From: Haliotis rufescens
Taxonomy: Eukaryota
Assembly: GCF_023055435.1 (NCBI RefSeq)
Contig: NW_025963780.1
Coordinates: 10,416,001 to 10,480,000 of the forward strand
DNA: 64,000 nucleotides
Direction of reading: 5' to 3'
Made by a program: the position numbers and the translations under genes. The notes under the pieces were generated by a model. That model saw only the letters and a list, made by a program, of their open reading frames with translations, had not been told where the DNA came from and ran no database searches. Numbering within the stretch: position 1 is the stretch's first letter; each line of letters starts with the position of its first letter. This document shows, one piece after another, positions 61,750 through 64,000 of this stretch.

Positions 61750-64000
61750 CTGAGGAGTAGGACAGATCTCATGAACAGGGGAATGTATTCAACTCCAGGG
61801 CTGTGTGGAGGGGCAGGATCTGGGGAGTCGGACAGATCTCATGAACAGGGGAATGTATTCAGCTCCAGGGCTGTGTTGAGCTGCATGATCTGGGGAGTAG
61901 GACAGATCTCATGAACAGGATGTATATTCAGCTCCAGGGCTGTGTGGAGCTGCATGATCTGGGGAGTCGGACAGATCTCATGAACAGGGGAATGTATTCA
62001 GCTTCAGGGCTGTGTGGAGCTGCAGGATCTGGGGAGTAGGACAGATCTCATGAACAGGGGAATGTATTCAGCTCCAGGGCTGTGTGGAGGGGCAGGATCT
62101 GGGGAGTCGGACAGATCTCATGAACAGGGGGATGCATTCAGCTCCAGGGCTGTGTGGAGCTGCAGGATCTGGGGAGTAGGACAGATCTCATGAACAGGGG
62201 AATGTATTCAGCTACAGGGCTGTGGGGAGCTGCAGGATCTGGGGAGTAAGACAGATCTCATGAACAGGGGAATGTATTTAGCTCCAGGGCTGTGTGGAGG
62301 AGCAGGATCTGGGGAGTAGGACTGATCTCATGAACAGGGTGTATATTCAGCTCCAGGGCAGTGGGGAGCTGCAGGATCTGGGGAGTAGGACAGATCTCAT
62401 GAACAGGGTGTATATTCAGCTCCAGGGCTGTGTGGAGCTGCAGGATCTGGGGAGTAGGACAGATCTCATGAACAGGGGAATGTATTCAGCTCCAGGGCTG
62501 TGTGGAGCTGCAGGATCTGGGGAGTCGGACAGATCTCATGAACAGGGGAATGTATTCAGCTTCAGGGCTGTGTGGAGCTACACCATCTGGGGAGTAGGAC
62601 AGATCTTATGAACAGGGGGATGCATTCAGCTCCAGGGCTGTGTGGAGGGGCAGGATCTGGGGAGTAGGACAGATCTCATGAACAGGGGAATGTATTCAGC
62701 TCCAGGGCTGTGTGGAGCTGCACGATCTGGAGAGTAGGACAGATCTCATGAACAGGGGGATGCATTCAGCTCCAGGGCTGTGTGGAGGGGCAGGATCTGG
62801 GGAGTCGGACAGATCTCATGAACAGGGGGATGCATTCAGCTACAGGGCTGTGTGGAGCTGCAGGATCTGGGGAGTAGGACAGATCTCATGAACAGGGGAA
62901 TGTATTCAGCTACAGGGCTGTGGGGAGCTGCAGGATCTGGGGAGTAAGACAGATCTCATGAACAGGGGAATGTATTTAGCTCCAGGGCTGTGTGGAGGAG
63001 CAGGATCTGGGGAGTAGGACTGATCTCATGAACAGGGTGTATATTCAGCTCCAGGGCAGTGGGGAGCTGCAGGATCTGGGGAGTAGGACAGATCTCATGA
63101 ACAGGGTGTATATTCAGCTCCAGGGCTGTGTGGAGCTGCAGGATCTGGAGTGTAGGACAGATCTCATGAACAGGGGAATGTATTCAGCTCCAGGGCTGTG
63201 TGGAGCTGCAGGATCTGGGGAGTCGGACAGATCTCATGAACAGGGGAATGTATTCAGCTTCAGGGCTGTGTGGAGCTGCACTATCTGGGGAGTAGGACAG
63301 ATCTTATGAACAGGGGGATGCATTCAGCTCCAGGGCTGTGTGGAGGGGCAGGATCTGGGGAGTAGGACAGATCTCATGAACAGGGGAATGTATTCAGCTC
63401 CAGGGCTGTGTGGAGCTGCACGATCTGGAGAGTAGAACAGATCTCATGAACAGGGGGATGCATTCAGCTCCAGGGCTGTGTGGAGCTGCAGGATCTGGGG
63501 AGTAGGACAGATCTCATGAACAGGGGAATGTATTCAGCTCCAGGGCTGTGTTGAGCTGCATGATCTGGGGAGTAGGACAGATCTCATGAACAGGATGTAT
63601 ATTCAGCTCCAGGGCTGTGTGGAGCTGCATGATCTGGGGAGTCGGACAGATCTCATGAACAGGGGAATGTATTCAGCTTCAGGGCTGTGTGGAGCTGCAG
63701 GATCTGGGGAGTAGGACAGATCTCATGAACAGGGGAATGTATTCAGCTTCAGGGCTGTGTGGAGGGGCAGGATCTGGGGAGTAGGACAGATCTCATGAAC
63801 AGGGGGATGCATTCAGCTCCAGGGCTGTGTGGAGCTGCAGGATCTGGGGAGTAGGACAGATCTCATGAACAGGGGAATGTATTCAGCTACATGGCTGTGG
63901 GGAGCTGCAGGATCTGGGGAGTAAGACAGATCTCATGAACAGGGGAATGTATTTAGCTCCAGGGCTGTGTGGAGGAGCAGGATCTGGGGAGTAGGACTGA
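61718..64000 (-). repeat. 69-70-bp minisatellite (32 or more copies, runs off the window) built from the exon 61749 acceptor junction
   Basis: gene-strand unit TACATTCCCCTGTTCATGAGATCTGTCCTACTCCCCAG|ATCCTGCAGCTCCACACAGCCCTGGAGCTGAA. Confidence 0.97.

Noticed and set aside
145-64000. CRISPR-like regular arrays
   Set aside because: No unique spacers, no cas genes, and a eukaryotic intron context.

Overview
Eukaryotic (metazoan, probably molluscan; taxon is inferred from the repeat content only) genomic DNA. Nearly the whole window lies inside one minus-strand gene encoding a divergent axonemal dynein heavy chain (DNHD1-like). I traced 49 GT-AG exons by hand between 61749 and 7201. They splice phase-consistently into about 9,315 nt (about 3,105 aa) covering AAA2, AAA3, AAA4, stalk/MTBD, AAA5, AAA6 and part of the C-terminal domain. 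Neither the start nor the stop codon was found in the window. About 23 kb (about 36%) of the window is 15 unrelated intronic minisatellites with 20-87 bp units. At least four of these arrays are tandem amplifications of the gene's own splice junctions (splice site plus the adjacent exon end), giving tens to about 100 copies of a donor or acceptor. In one array each 61-bp unit reads as an in-frame 30-nt AG/GT-bounded micro-exon plus a 31-nt mini-intron. The introns also hold a decayed DIRS-type tyrosine-recombinase retroelement, two SINE-like families (two copies with 13-bp TSDs right at splice sites), several MITEs, a Helentron-like element and a 168-N assembly gap. Most long ORFs in the ORF track are repeat artefacts.
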